Below are positions 1 to 10,574 of a DNA stretch of 63,674 nucleotides, one piece after another. The notes below the pieces were generated by a model. It saw only the letters and a list, made by a program, of their open reading frames with translations. It did not search any database and was not told the origin of the DNA. Source of the DNA: an uncultured Clostridia bacterium. GTDB taxonomy: Bacteria; Bacillota; Clostridia; TANB77; CAG-508. Both the position numbers and the translations under genes were made by a program. Each line of letters begins with the position of its first letter. The first letter of the stretch is position 1. The stretch covers positions 1-63,674 of the forward strand of contig CALXFI010000003.1 of NCBI GenBank assembly GCA_944387535.1. Direction: 5' to 3'.

Positions 1-71
1 GTTGACCTTTTTTATATAAAAAATTTTTAAAAAATTTTTAATTTTTCTATTGACTTTTCATAGTTGGTCTC

Positions 72-1256
72 CTATATATTATTTATCATATATTCTAATC
101 TTTTTATTGCTTTATCTATGGTACAATTAGCAATTACATAATTATATCCTTCCAAACCTAATTTAATCATTTTCTCATCATTATTAAGCAAGCTTTCTAG
201 TTCTTTAATCATCTGTTTTCCATTATTTACAACTATTCCACCTTTTAATTCACTTGCATTCCCCACATTAGTACTAATAAATGGTGTCTTTTGACTCATC
301 GCTTCTATAATAGAAATTGAAAATTCTTCGCTAACACTAGTTACCAAATAAACTTTTGCATTTGCTATTATAAGAGGTATCATCTCTCTTTCTATATTCG
401 TAAGAAAAATCACTTGCTTTTCTTTATGTTCTTTTTTTAATTTTTGAAAATGTTTGAGTACTTTATTGTAATATTTAATATTTTCTGTATTGCCTACCAT
501 AACTAATTTATAGTTTTCATCTATCTTCACTTTATAAAATATATCTAATAATAATCTCTGATTCTTTACTGGTGAAAAATTAGCAACACTTACTAAATAT
601 TTATCATCTTTGTATATTCCATATTTTTCTAATTCAAATGTATATTCATCCTTCACATTTTTTAAAAATATGTCATCAACTGCATTTTCTAAAACTTCAA
701 TCTTACCACTTTTATAATACTTATCTAAATATGACCTACTACTATCTTTTTTTGTTAGAGTTATTATTTTATCATATTCATTTACATATTTTTTAAATTT
801 AAAATAATAAATCTTTTTCCAATATAAATAACTATATAAGTTACTACAAAAACCTTTTATTCCTCTAGAAAAATTTAATGGTTTTAATTTTATAGCCGAA
901 AATCCATGCACATGTAATATCTTTTTCATTTTCAGTTTATTAAGAATTGGTAACAAAACATCTGTGGTAACACATTGAGTACATACGTTTATCATAATAT
1001 CACATTCAAAATTACTCACAAACTTTTTATATTCGTCTATTTCTCCATTATAACCTGTAAACTTATTAAAATTTAATATAAACCTTTTTACTTTTATTCC
1101 ATTTATTTCTTCATTTCTTTTTCTATTTTGTGATAATTTAGTGATTATTTGAATATTATGTCCAAGTTTTTTCAAACCTTCTGCTAAATATTTAGTTACA
1201 TTTGCAACTCCATTAAGGTCTGGATAATACGTTGATACTGTAATCAAGATGTTCAT
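72..1256 (-). CDS. glycosyltransferase, GT-B fold (family 4-like)
   Basis: 394-aa ORF. N-terminal 'ILITVSTYYPDLNGVANV' and C-terminal 'EEFSISIIEAMSQKTPFISTNVG' match the GT4-type motif. It has a 4-nt overlap with the upstream gene in a glycan locus. Confidence 0.75.
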   Translation of the reverse strand: MNILITVSTYYPDLNGVANVTKYLAEGLKKLGHNIQIITKLSQNRKRNEEINGIKVKRFILNFNKFTGYNGEIDEYKKFVSNFECDIMINVCTQCVTTDVLLPILNKLKMKKILHVHGFSAIKLKPLNFSRGIKGFCSNLYSYLYWKKIYYFKFKKYVNEYDKIITLTKKDSSRSYLDKYYKSGKIEVLENAVDDIFLKNVKDEYTFELEKYGIYKDDKYLVSVANFSPVKNQRLLLDIFYKVKIDENYKLVMVGNTENIKYYNKVLKHFQKLKKEHKEKQVIFLTNIEREMIPLIIANAKVYLVTSVSEEFSISIIEAMSQKTPFISTNVGNASELKGGIVVNNGKQMIKELESLLNNDEKMIKLGLEGYNYVIANCTIDKAIKRLEYMINNI

Positions 1257-2629
1257 TCTGCACTTCTCCTTTTAAGTCCTATATTTAACTTATAAATTAT
1301 ATATATTGGCAATATACTAATCCATATAGTCTGGAATATTATATTAATATTTAAACATGTCGCCAAAGATAATATCAAACTCAGATACATATTAACATAT
1401 AATTGAAATTCATTATTACTTTTAATTGCTAAATTATTAAATTTTATAGCCAAGCATAAAGATATTATTGAAAATATACTTGATAAAGCAATCCCAAAAT
1501 AGATATATGCTTGTCCCGACAATGGGCAAATTTTATCTTTTGCAATATAACTATTATAATACTCAAGATTGTATAATGTTGGTGTCGTCTCACTTTTATC
1601 TAAATAGTTATTTATAATTGGACAATTTGCGAATATATCTACAAATAAATTCGTTATATCTATTTCATTGTTTTTCCTTACTTCTACAGCATTATCTATT
1701 TGAAAAGGCCCTGCAAAATACACATCAAATGTTTCATAATTTATAACTTCACTTGTTATATATTCATAAACATTAGCAGAATTTACCTCATCATCATTAA
1801 ATTTAATAAAAGTTCCTAATACTAATACACAGACAACTATCAAAGAAAAAATTATACCTATAATCTTTTTAGATCTATAATAATATTTTGTTAAAATAAT
1901 TATATTTATTACTAAATTTATAAGCATTGTCCATCTTGATATATCACCATCTTGATTAACTCCCAAAAGTAATATTGATATTAATATAATTCCCATAGAA
2001 ATCAATATTTTAATTTTCTCTTTTGTCTTTAGATTCTTTATAAACTTTAATATTCCTAAATTTAAAATTACTATTCCAAAATTATATATTAACTGAACAG
2101 TGGAACTTAAATTGAAACTTCCCTCTACATTTGTAAAAACTCTAAATATTAATGAAGGATACATACATAAAATAACTGCAAAAGCACATACAATACTTAC
2201 TGTAAATATATTAAAAATTTTATAATTTTCATCATAATTTGACAAGTATTTGCTATTATCCTTTTTCTTATATAAAGCCATAACAACATATAAAGATATC
2301 AATTCTATACACATTATTTGTAATACTATATCTTTATTTTTTATATAAAATTCATTATAATTTTGAAAATCCATATAATATGTAAATGGTATAATAACAT
2401 ATCTAATAAAACATACAAATTTTATTATTTCTTTTGGTAAAGATATGTTTTGTCTCCTGTTTACTATTTCTAATATAATCGTTGCTAATGAATATAAAAA
2501 TGGTAATATGTATAGAGCAATATTTGTTTCATATGCTTCGTTTTTCCCCCAACAAAAAAAACCGATTATTATTGGTAAAAATATATACACTATTATTTTA
2601 AAAACTTGATAGCTTTTAATTTTTTTCAT
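1253..2629 (-). CDS. polytopic membrane protein, probable repeat-unit polymerase (Wzy-like)
   Basis: 458 aa, almost entirely hydrophobic helices with no soluble domain. It is embedded between glycosyltransferase genes and overlaps both neighbours. Confidence 0.5.
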   Translation of the reverse strand: MKKIKSYQVFKIIVYIFLPIIIGFFCWGKNEAYETNIALYILPFLYSLATIILEIVNRRQNISLPKEIIKFVCFIRYVIIPFTYYMDFQNYNEFYIKNKDIVLQIMCIELISLYVVMALYKKKDNSKYLSNYDENYKIFNIFTVSIVCAFAVILCMYPSLIFRVFTNVEGSFNLSSTVQLIYNFGIVILNLGILKFIKNLKTKEKIKILISMGIILISILLLGVNQDGDISRWTMLINLVINIIILTKYYYRSKKIIGIIFSLIVVCVLVLGTFIKFNDDEVNSANVYEYITSEVINYETFDVYFAGPFQIDNAVEVRKNNEIDITNLFVDIFANCPIINNYLDKSETTPTLYNLEYYNSYIAKDKICPLSGQAYIYFGIALSSIFSIISLCLAIKFNNLAIKSNNEFQLYVNMYLSLILSLATCLNINIIFQTIWISILPIYIIYKLNIGLKRRSAE

Positions 2630-3593
2630 TTGTTTTCTCCTTCAACATTTTTATTCTGTTTTTTAAATTTTTATATTTTAAAATAAAATGCTGTTTATAT
2701 AAAAAACAAGTCTTTTTATTTCTTTTAATATCTTCTATATCAGATATATTTCCTTCTATAAATTCATTAGGTCTAAATATAAAACTTTCGCAACTTTCTA
2801 TATTACTAATTTTTACTGCTACTTTTCTTTTCTGAAAATGAACATAACAGTATTCCTTTGTTATAACTTTACCTTTTTCTATTTTTTTAGAATAAAGATT
2901 TCCGTTATTCCATAAAAATAGTTGTGAAGAATTTCTCTTTTCTTTTTTATTTTTTATTTTTGTATTATCTACAATCCTGAAATGAAAGCTAAGACATGAA
3001 ATATCAGCATATATATTTTCTCTATAGATTTTAAAATTGTTATCCCTATATATAGTGTTAATGCTAATATCTTTATAATTCTCATCAAAGGCAATATTCG
3101 CCTTATTTTCTAACATATCTTTATAATTTTTTCCATTCCACTCTATTTTATATCTCTCAACTACTTCTTTTGTATTTCTATATAATGACATATGCCCTAA
3201 AAATAATAATCTATCGTAATTACTTAATAGTTCATCTGTAAAAAAGTTTCTTAGATTTCCAAAAATACAATCCAAGTCGCAATATCCCCAAAAATCATAT
3301 TCTTCTATATATTCACTGAAAATATCTCCATACAAAGGTTTGTAGTCACATAATTTATATGGATTCTCGATTTTTACATTTATTCCTTTATATTTTTCTT
3401 TTATTTTATTCCTTAAATCTGAAAATAATATATAGTTTACCTTTACATTATTAGGAAATTGATACTGAGTTTTATCATCAATAAATAATAACCAATCAAT
3501 GGTTTGATTTTTACTGCATGTTTTCAGCCATAATTCAAATGTATTAGGTAATTTCCCAAAGTATGGACAAATAAATACTATCTTTTTCATCAC
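2616..3593 (-). CDS. glycan-locus protein of unknown family (putative glycosyltransferase-like)
   Basis: 325-aa ORF starting 'KKIVFICPYFGKLPNTFELWLKTC'. It has no motif I can assign to GT2 or GT4. The call rests on context only. Confidence 0.4.
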   Translation of the reverse strand: MMKKIVFICPYFGKLPNTFELWLKTCSKNQTIDWLLFIDDKTQYQFPNNVKVNYILFSDLRNKIKEKYKGINVKIENPYKLCDYKPLYGDIFSEYIEEYDFWGYCDLDCIFGNLRNFFTDELLSNYDRLLFLGHMSLYRNTKEVVERYKIEWNGKNYKDMLENKANIAFDENYKDISINTIYRDNNFKIYRENIYADISCLSFHFRIVDNTKIKNKKEKRNSSQLFLWNNGNLYSKKIEKGKVITKEYCYVHFQKRKVAVKISNIESCESFIFRPNEFIEGNISDIEDIKRNKKTCFLYKQHFILKYKNLKNRIKMLKEKTNEKN

Positions 3594-3601
3594 GATTTCT
3601 C

Positions 3602-4393
3602 CTATTTAAAATTATTCTTATGGTAATTTTGTAATATTCTTTTTGGTATTAGCCCTACTAATATTGGTTTAAAACAATAAACATAATAACGTTTTTTTAT
3701 TCCTAACTTATTAAAATACTTCCATCTAACTTTAAATTCTAATAATCTGTACTTAAATTTTTTCTTTTTATATCCTTCTGTATTCATTCTATAGTCAATT
3801 AAGATATCTTCCATTACGTATCCTTTATATCCATTAGAATACATTTCCATTGCCATCGCATAGTCTTGTCCTCTTCTTAAATTAGGGTATCCTCCAATGG
3901 CTTTTATGTCTTTGGTTTTTATAATCATAGTTGGATGAATAAAAGGTGTACCTTTTATAAAATCTTCTTTATGTTTTTCTCCAACTATTTTTGTTGTTTG
4001 AAAAATTCCATTTTCGTCAAAATAATTTGCATTTCCTCCGACTATACTATATTCAGGGTACTTCTCAACAAATTGTAGTTGTTTTTCTATTCTATCCATT
4101 TTGGCAATATCATCTGTATCCATTCTAATAATATACTCAGTATTTACCAAACTGATTCCTTTATTTAAAGATTCAGCCAATCCTAAATTTCTTTCATTAT
4201 GAATTAACTTTATTCTATCATCTTTGTATGATTCTATAATATCAGTACTTTTTGTATCTGAGCAATCATCAATAATTAATAATTCAAAATTCTTATATGT
4301 TTGATTTAATATGCTTTCTATTGATTCTCTTAATTCTTCTTCTTTTGTATTAAATTCTGACATTAATACTGTTACTCTTTTTTCTTTTTCCAT
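3602..4393 (-). CDS. glycosyltransferase family 2
   Basis: 'VTVLMSEFNTKEE', 'LLIIDDCSDT' and the DxD-like 'RMDTDD'. I placed the start at ATG 4393, directly after the upstream stop; the ORF track extends to 4438. Confidence 0.8.
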   Translation of the reverse strand: MEKEKRVTVLMSEFNTKEEELRESIESILNQTYKNFELLIIDDCSDTKSTDIIESYKDDRIKLIHNERNLGLAESLNKGISLVNTEYIIRMDTDDIAKMDRIEKQLQFVEKYPEYSIVGGNANYFDENGIFQTTKIVGEKHKEDFIKGTPFIHPTMIIKTKDIKAIGGYPNLRRGQDYAMAMEMYSNGYKGYVMEDILIDYRMNTEGYKKKKFKYRLLEFKVRWKYFNKLGIKKRYYVYCFKPILVGLIPKRILQNYHKNNFK

Positions 4394-4394
4394 A

Positions 4395-5513
4395 TTACAT
4401 AAACTCCAAATAAATTTTTTCCATTTCTCTTTGTACATTTTCTATAAGATATTTTTTTATATTTTGCTTTGAATTTTCTATAATCATTTTTTTGTTTTCT
4501 TGTGAATAATCTAATAATTTAATAATTTCTTTTGTCATTTCTTTACTTGTATTTTGTTTTAATATTATCCCTGTTTTATTATTTTGTATTAATTCTCTAT
4601 GTCCTCTATTATTAGTTGTAACTATTAATATTCCCATATACATTGCTTCCATAATATTTAACGGTAATCCCTCTCTTCTACTAGAAGCTACATATATATC
4701 AGTAATTGACAATATCCTTGGCACATCTCTTCTTTTTCCTAAAAATATTATATTATCTTTAAGCTTTCTTTTTTCTACTATATTTTTATATTTTTCTAGG
4801 TAATTTCCATCGCCAACAAGTAACAATTTTACATTTTTACACTTTTTTTTCAACTCTTGTATCATCTTTATTAATATAATTTGATTTTTATTTTTATTTA
4901 ATTCTGCTACATATGCAAAAATAATATCTTCTTTTTTTACATTAAGTTCCTCTTTTAATTTATCTTTTTGTTCTTTTGAAATTTCTTTTGAAAACCTTTT
5001 TGTATTCATTCCTATTCCATTAATATGTTTTATTTCTTTTGCTTTTAAATGTTTTTTTGCAAATTCATAATCTTCATTAACTATTGTTATCAAGCAATCC
5101 GTGTAATGCGCCATTATTTTTTCTATTGGATAATAAATTAACCAATTAAGTAAAGGTGCTCCTTTATAAAAATGAAAACCATGTGCAGTATAAAGTACCT
5201 TTGTAGCTTTTTTTCTGACATTTCTTGCCGCTAATCTTGCTAGAACTCCTCCAACTGGTGTGTGGCAATGAATAATGTCATAATGATTATTTTCTATAAT
5301 TTTTTTTAGTTCTTTATATACTTTAATATTATTAAACTTTAACGGAAATCTTTCAAAAGGTAAGTTAAAATGCTTGTCACAATATTCAATTTTTTCTTCT
5401 CCATTACTTGCAACATGAACTTCATATCCTTGTTCTTTAAACCATTTTAAATATGGTATGTGAAAAGCATTTATATGTCTAGTTACTGTTGCTACGAATA
5501 ATACTTTTTTCAT
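4395..5513 (-). CDS. glycosyltransferase family 4
   Basis: 372 aa. 'KVLFVATVTRHINAFH' and 'EGLPLNIMEAMYMGILIVTTNNRGHRELI' match the GT4 E-x7-E region. Confidence 0.8.
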   Translation of the reverse strand: MKKVLFVATVTRHINAFHIPYLKWFKEQGYEVHVASNGEEKIEYCDKHFNLPFERFPLKFNNIKVYKELKKIIENNHYDIIHCHTPVGGVLARLAARNVRKKATKVLYTAHGFHFYKGAPLLNWLIYYPIEKIMAHYTDCLITIVNEDYEFAKKHLKAKEIKHINGIGMNTKRFSKEISKEQKDKLKEELNVKKEDIIFAYVAELNKNKNQIILIKMIQELKKKCKNVKLLLVGDGNYLEKYKNIVEKRKLKDNIIFLGKRRDVPRILSITDIYVASSRREGLPLNIMEAMYMGILIVTTNNRGHRELIQNNKTGIILKQNTSKEMTKEIIKLLDYSQENKKMIIENSKQNIKKYLIENVQREMEKIYLEFM

Positions 5514-5530
5514 TTAGCACATTCCTTTTC

Positions 5531-6163
5531 TTATTTTATTTTCTTAACTGGAACTCCTACATATGTTCCCTTTTCTTTTATGTCTTTAATAACTACTGTT
5601 CCTGCTCCTATTATGCAATTATTACATATATTTGTGTTGTTCTTTATTGTAGCTCCTGCTCCTATATGTGTTAATTTACCTATTTTAACAGTACCGCATA
5701 AAGTAGCATTTGGAGAAATATGTACGTAATCTTCTATTATATTATCATGTTCGACAATCGCTCCTGTATTTATTATACAATGTTCTCCTACTTTTGCTGA
5801 TGTATTTATACAAGCATTTGCCATAATAGTTGTTCCTTTTCCTATTTCTATATCCAAAGCTATTTGACTAGATGGATGTATAGCTGTGTAATAATTTAGT
5901 TTTTCATATTTTATTGCTATCTTTTTTCTTGTCTCATTGTTTCCTATTCCAACTATATATTCAATATTAGGATTTTCATTTGCAAATTTAATACATTCTT
6001 CAATTTTTCCTATTACTTTAATGTTCTTTTCTTTAATTATAACTGTATCTAATGGTACATTATCATCTAAAAATCCTAGAACATTATCCTTTGATTTATA
6101 TATTATATCAGCAATTACTTTTGCATGTCCACCTGCACCAATAATTATAACATTTTTATTCAT
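5531..6163 (-). CDS. sugar N-acetyltransferase, hexapeptide-repeat (PglD/NeuD-like)
   Basis: N-terminal '[12 protein letters not shown]' followed by left-handed beta-helix repeats '[34 protein letters not shown]'. Confidence 0.8.
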   Translation of the reverse strand: MNKNVIIIGAGGHAKVIADIIYKSKDNVLGFLDDNVPLDTVIIKEKNIKVIGKIEECIKFANENPNIEYIVGIGNNETRKKIAIKYEKLNYYTAIHPSSQIALDIEIGKGTTIMANACINTSAKVGEHCIINTGAIVEHDNIIEDYVHISPNATLCGTVKIGKLTHIGAGATIKNNTNICNNCIIGAGTVVIKDIKEKGTYVGVPVKKIK

Positions 6164-6782
6164 GTTTTACTCCTTGTTTTGTTGTTCCTTTAAACTTTTC
6201 CATAGTTGCATTTCCTTCTTGTGAAATTCCTTCTCTTTTAAAAACTTTAAAAATAGTTTTAAAAACTATTTTTAAATCATTTATAAATGTGATTTTGTTT
6301 ATATATGCTATGTCATCTTTAAACTTTTCTTCCCAAGAAAGTGTATTTCTTCCACTTATTTGTGCTAAGCCAGTAAGCCCTGGTCTTACATCATGTCTAT
6401 GTTTTTGTTCTTCATTATATAAAGGTAAATACTCTGTAAGCAATGGTCTTGGTCCTACAATTGACATATCACCTTTTAAAATATTAAAAAGTTCTGGAAG
6501 TTCATCTAGGCTTGTACTTCTTAGTGCTTTTCCAAATTTAGTAAGTCTTTCTGAGTCTGGTAAGAGATTACCTTTTTCATCTTTTTTATCTGTCATAGTT
6601 CTAAACTTGTAAAGTGTAAAAATCTTTTCATCTTTACCTGGTCTTTCTTGTTTAAATATTATAGTACTTCCTAATTTTATCCTTACCAGTATTGCTATAA
6701 TTAGAAATACTGGTGAAAGTATAATTAGTGCAATAAGACTAAGTATAAAATCTAATATTCTTTTAAAATATTTAGCATACAT
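6156..6782 (-). CDS. undecaprenyl-phosphate sugar phosphotransferase (small PglC/WbaP-C type)
   Basis: '[16 protein letters not shown]' and '[22 protein letters not shown]' are bacterial sugar transferase signatures, with a single N-terminal helix. I chose the start at ATG 6782 (AGAGGAA SD); the ORF track extends to 6803. Confidence 0.85.
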   Translation of the reverse strand: MYAKYFKRILDFILSLIALIILSPVFLIIAILVRIKLGSTIIFKQERPGKDEKIFTLYKFRTMTDKKDEKGNLLPDSERLTKFGKALRSTSLDELPELFNILKGDMSIVGPRPLLTEYLPLYNEEQKHRHDVRPGLTGLAQISGRNTLSWEEKFKDDIAYINKITFINDLKIVFKTIFKVFKREGISQEGNATMEKFKGTTKQGVKHE

Positions 6783-6793
6783 AGTATTCCTCT

Positions 6794-7921
6794 TTATTTC
6801 CATAAATTTTTAATAATATTTATTACCACTTCTTGATCTTCTTTAGTCATATTAGTATCAGAAGGAAGACATACTCCTCTTTCAAACAATTCTGTTGATA
6901 CAGGCTCTTCTTCTACTTTTATAAAATCATAATCTTTGAATACTGGTTGCATATGCATTGGTTTCCAAACAGGTCTTGATTCTATATTTTCTTTTTCTAA
7001 AGCAATCATAATATCTAATGGCTTTACTTTAGAATTTTCTTTTAAAGTAATAACTGAAAGCCAATGGTTTGGTTTTGAATTTTCTGGTATAGGTTCCATT
7101 TCTATATCTGGGATATCTTTAAAAGCTTCTTTATAATTATTATATATTTCAGCTTTTTGTCCTATTCTTTCATCTAAAACTTTTAATTGTCCTCTTCCAA
7201 TTCCTGCAACAATATTACTCATTCTATAATTGTAACCTATTTCCTTATGCTCATAGTGACGTGCTTTTTCTCTTGCTTGTGTAGACCAAAATCTAACTTT
7301 AGCAATTCTTTCTTCATCATCTGATACAAGCATACCTCCGCCACTAGTTGTAATAATTTTATTTCCATTAAATGAATAAATACCATATTTTCCAAAAGTT
7401 CCTGTTTGTTTACCTTTATAAGTCGCTCCTAAACTCTCTGCTGCATCTTCTATTAATGTAACTCCATGTTTATCACATATTTCTTTTATTTCATCTATTT
7501 TAGCAGGAGTGCCATATAAATGAACAACTATAACCGCTTTTGGATTAGGGTATTTTTCAAATGCTTTTTCTAAAGCTTTTGGATCCATGTTCCAAGTATC
7601 TTTCTCACTATCAATAAATACAGGGGTTGCATTTTCATATATTATTGGATTTACTGTTGCTGAAAAAGTTAAATCAGAAACAAAAACTATCTCTTCTTTT
7701 TTTACATTTGCTGCTTTTAAAGCTAGATGTATTGCTGCTGTTCCTGATGTTAAAGCTGCCGCATGTTTTATTCCTACATAATTTGCAATCTCTTCTTCAA
7801 ATTTATTTACATTCTCACCTAAAGGTGCTACCCAGTTTGTATCAAAAGCTTCTTTTACATATTTTTGTTCATAACCTTCTTTTGACATATTAGGTGATGC
7901 TAAAAAAATTCTTTTTTTCAT
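6794..7921 (-). CDS. DegT/DnrJ/EryC1/StrS family sugar aminotransferase (PglE-like)
   Basis: '[10 protein letters not shown]' and '[17 protein letters not shown]' (PLP-lysine region). 375 aa. Confidence 0.9.
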   Translation of the reverse strand: MKKRIFLASPNMSKEGYEQKYVKEAFDTNWVAPLGENVNKFEEEIANYVGIKHAAALTSGTAAIHLALKAANVKKEEIVFVSDLTFSATVNPIIYENATPVFIDSEKDTWNMDPKALEKAFEKYPNPKAVIVVHLYGTPAKIDEIKEICDKHGVTLIEDAAESLGATYKGKQTGTFGKYGIYSFNGNKIITTSGGGMLVSDDEERIAKVRFWSTQAREKARHYEHKEIGYNYRMSNIVAGIGRGQLKVLDERIGQKAEIYNNYKEAFKDIPDIEMEPIPENSKPNHWLSVITLKENSKVKPLDIMIALEKENIESRPVWKPMHMQPVFKDYDFIKVEEEPVSTELFERGVCLPSDTNMTKEDQEVVINIIKNLWK

Positions 7922-7942
7922 TATTTTATACTTCCTTTTCTA

Positions 7943-9802
7943 TTAGTTTTTTCCTTTATATGTTGGTACAACTTCATGTATTACTTTCTTTATTTCATCT
8001 TTATTCTCGTTGTCGTTTGTGTCTACTAATTTTCTTAAAACTGTTAATTTTTCTTTAATCTTTGTCATATTAATATCAGATGGTTTAGCAACATGTATTT
8101 TATCATGTTTAGTTTCAGTTAAACCTTCTTCTGCCATTAATATTTCTTCATAAAGTTTTTCACCTGGTCTTAAGCCTGTAATCTTAATTTGAATATCAAC
8201 ACCTGGTTCTAGACCAGAAAGTTTAATTAATTTAACAGCCATATCGTATATTTTAACAGGCTCACCCATATCTAAAACAAATATTTCTCCACCTTCTGCA
8301 TAGCTCATTGCTTGAAGTACAAGTGATACCGCTTCTGGTATAGTCATAAAAAATCTAGTAATATCTTTGTGAGTTACAGTTACTGGGCCACCATTTGCGA
8401 TTTGTTTTTTAAATAATGGTACAACAGAACCATTACTTCCTAAGACATTACCAAAACGAACTGCTGCATACTGAGTTTCACTTACTTTATTTTTAGCCTG
8501 TATAATAAGCTCACATAAACGTTTAGTTGCTCCCATAATATTAGTTGGATTGACTGCTTTGTCTGTTGAAATTAAAATAAATCTTTTTACTTTATATTCA
8601 TCTGCACAATTTACTACATTATAAGTTCCAAAAACATTATTTTTAATAGCTTCTAGTGGACTAGTTTCCATTAGTGGAACGTGTTTATGAGCTGCTGCAT
8701 GAAATACTAAATAAGGTTTAAACTCTTCAAATATTTCATTAAGTCTTTTCTTGTCTCTTACACTTGCAACAATTGCATCTATTTCATTATTTGGATAATT
8801 AAATTTCAATTCTTGCTCTATATCATATAAATTATTTTCATAAATATCTACAATTACAAGTTTAGATGGATTAAACTTAATAATTTGCCTGCAAAGCTCT
8901 GAACCAATAGAACCTCCGCCACCTGTAACTAATACAACTTTATTATTAATAAGCTTCTTTATATTCTTATTATCAAGTTTTATAGGTTCTCTTCCAAGTA
9001 AATCTTCAATTTCAACATTTCTAAAGCTTTGCATAATTGGCTTATTTTTAATAAGTTCTTTAGTTCCTGGAAGTATTCTTACTCTGCAACCTGTTTCCTG
9101 GCAAATTTCTAGAATATTTTTTCTATCTTCATTTGATATATTAGATATAGAAAAGAATATTAAATCAACATTATTTTCTTTACAAAGTCTTGGGATATCA
9201 TATCTAGTACCTAAAATTCTCTTACCTGATATTGCATAATTTACTTTGTTTGTATTATCATCAATAAGACCTACTACATGATATACATCTTTCATACTAT
9301 TTTTTATTGTAGATAATAATATTTTTGTAGCTTCACCAGCACCTATTATTAAAACATTTTTCTTATTATTATTATTATTTTTTTGTTTAACTTCATGCCA
9401 ATCATTTAAAATCAATCTTAAGAATACTCTATATCCAATAATTGCTGTTACTATAATAAGTGAAGCAATCAAATTTGTCCTTTCATCTACTGTTTGTATA
9501 ATATTTAAAACATTAAAAAATACCATAACAGTACAAGAAATTAAACAAGCTAAAACGTAAATTAGATAATCGTTTCCATTTTCATACCTTGTGATATTTT
9601 TATATGTTTTAAATATTTGTAAAAATCCACCATATATAATAACTGCTAAAACAATAGAAATTAGAACTTTTCTATTCATCTCTGGTGTTAATATTAAACT
9701 ATCTCCTATTATAATTTCTGCTAAATAATAGCTAACTGCAATAATTATTATATCAAAAATTCTTAAATATATATTTCTATGTTTTTGTATAAATTTTATC
9801 AT
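7943..9802 (-). CDS. membrane-anchored nucleotide-sugar 4,6-dehydratase (CapD/PglF/WbpM family)
   Basis: N-terminal TM helices, Rossmann motifs 'VLIIGAGEA' and 'VLVTGGGGSIGSEL', and 'LISTDKAVNPTNIMGATKR'. The start is probably ATG 9802 (GAGGGGAAAA SD); the ORF track extends to 9859. Confidence 0.9.
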   Translation of the reverse strand: MIKFIQKHRNIYLRIFDIIIIAVSYYLAEIIIGDSLILTPEMNRKVLISIVLAVIIYGGFLQIFKTYKNITRYENGNDYLIYVLACLISCTVMVFFNVLNIIQTVDERTNLIASLIIVTAIIGYRVFLRLILNDWHEVKQKNNNNNKKNVLIIGAGEATKILLSTIKNSMKDVYHVVGLIDDNTNKVNYAISGKRILGTRYDIPRLCKENNVDLIFFSISNISNEDRKNILEICQETGCRVRILPGTKELIKNKPIMQSFRNVEIEDLLGREPIKLDNKNIKKLINNKVVLVTGGGGSIGSELCRQIIKFNPSKLVIVDIYENNLYDIEQELKFNYPNNEIDAIVASVRDKKRLNEIFEEFKPYLVFHAAAHKHVPLMETSPLEAIKNNVFGTYNVVNCADEYKVKRFILISTDKAVNPTNIMGATKRLCELIIQAKNKVSETQYAAVRFGNVLGSNGSVVPLFKKQIANGGPVTVTHKDITRFFMTIPEAVSLVLQAMSYAEGGEIFVLDMGEPVKIYDMAVKLIKLSGLEPGVDIQIKITGLRPGEKLYEEILMAEEGLTETKHDKIHVAKPSDINMTKIKEKLTVLRKLVDTNDNENKDEIKKVIHEVVPTYKGKN

Positions 9803-9974
9803 TTTTCCCCTCTTCTTTTTATCCTTGTCCATTATATTATTAAGAAAAAAACTTTTCAAGTATTTTGTCTATTTTTTTATTATTTTGTAAAAATTATAAA
9901 TATTAGCTTTTTATAATATGCTTGTTTTTCACTTATTCTATGCACTCCATATATGATTTTGATTTTAATTATTA

Positions 9975-10024
9975 TCTAAAAACTTCCCTCATGTGTCTTT
10001 TTTATTTTAACACATTTAGGAAGT
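9975..10024 (-). terminator. rho-independent terminator after the VanZ-like gene
   Basis: Minus strand reads ACTTCCTAAATGTGT-loop-ACACATGAGGGAAGT followed by TTTTTA. Confidence 0.55.
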
Positions 10025-10053
10025 ATTTTGTTTTTATTTCTACATACTGGTCA

Positions 10054-10572
10054 TCAGTTGTTGCATTTTGTAATATTTTGTTGCTTTTTGTCTCTTGATG
10101 CTATTTTTTCATATATTTTTATCACTAACATAACAAGAAGTATTCCAAGAAAAACACCCATTGTATCTATTATTACATCAGTAACAGCTGGTCCTCTTCC
10201 AGGTGTGAAACATTGGTGTATTTCATCTGAAGAAGCATAAATAATACCTAATATCAAACTAATAGAAACTCTATTCATTTCCTTCAATTTATAAGTACTA
10301 AACAATGCCATAAGCAAAAATCCAACTACTGTATAAATTGAGAAATGTGCTATTTTTCTTACAATACTCTCTATTCTATCAAGTATTTCTTCCTTTTCTT
10401 GTTTCGTTTTTTCTTGTATAGATTTTATAGGATTTGTTATGATTTCTGTTACTTTTCTACTAATACTACTTGATTTCTCAGAATCCTGGCTTGAAAAACC
10501 AAATATGATACTGAATGTCCCTATTAATAATATTATAAGTATTGTTCTTAATATATTTAACTTAATATTCAT
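10054..10572 (-). CDS. VanZ family membrane protein
   Basis: 'RKIAHFSIYTVVGFLL' and 'SDEIHQCFTPGRGPAVTDVIIDTMGVFLG' are typical VanZ-like motifs. Confidence 0.75.
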   Translation of the reverse strand: MNIKLNILRTILIILLIGTFSIIFGFSSQDSEKSSSISRKVTEIITNPIKSIQEKTKQEKEEILDRIESIVRKIAHFSIYTVVGFLLMALFSTYKLKEMNRVSISLILGIIYASSDEIHQCFTPGRGPAVTDVIIDTMGVFLGILLVMLVIKIYEKIASRDKKQQNITKCNN

Positions 10573-10574
10573 TT

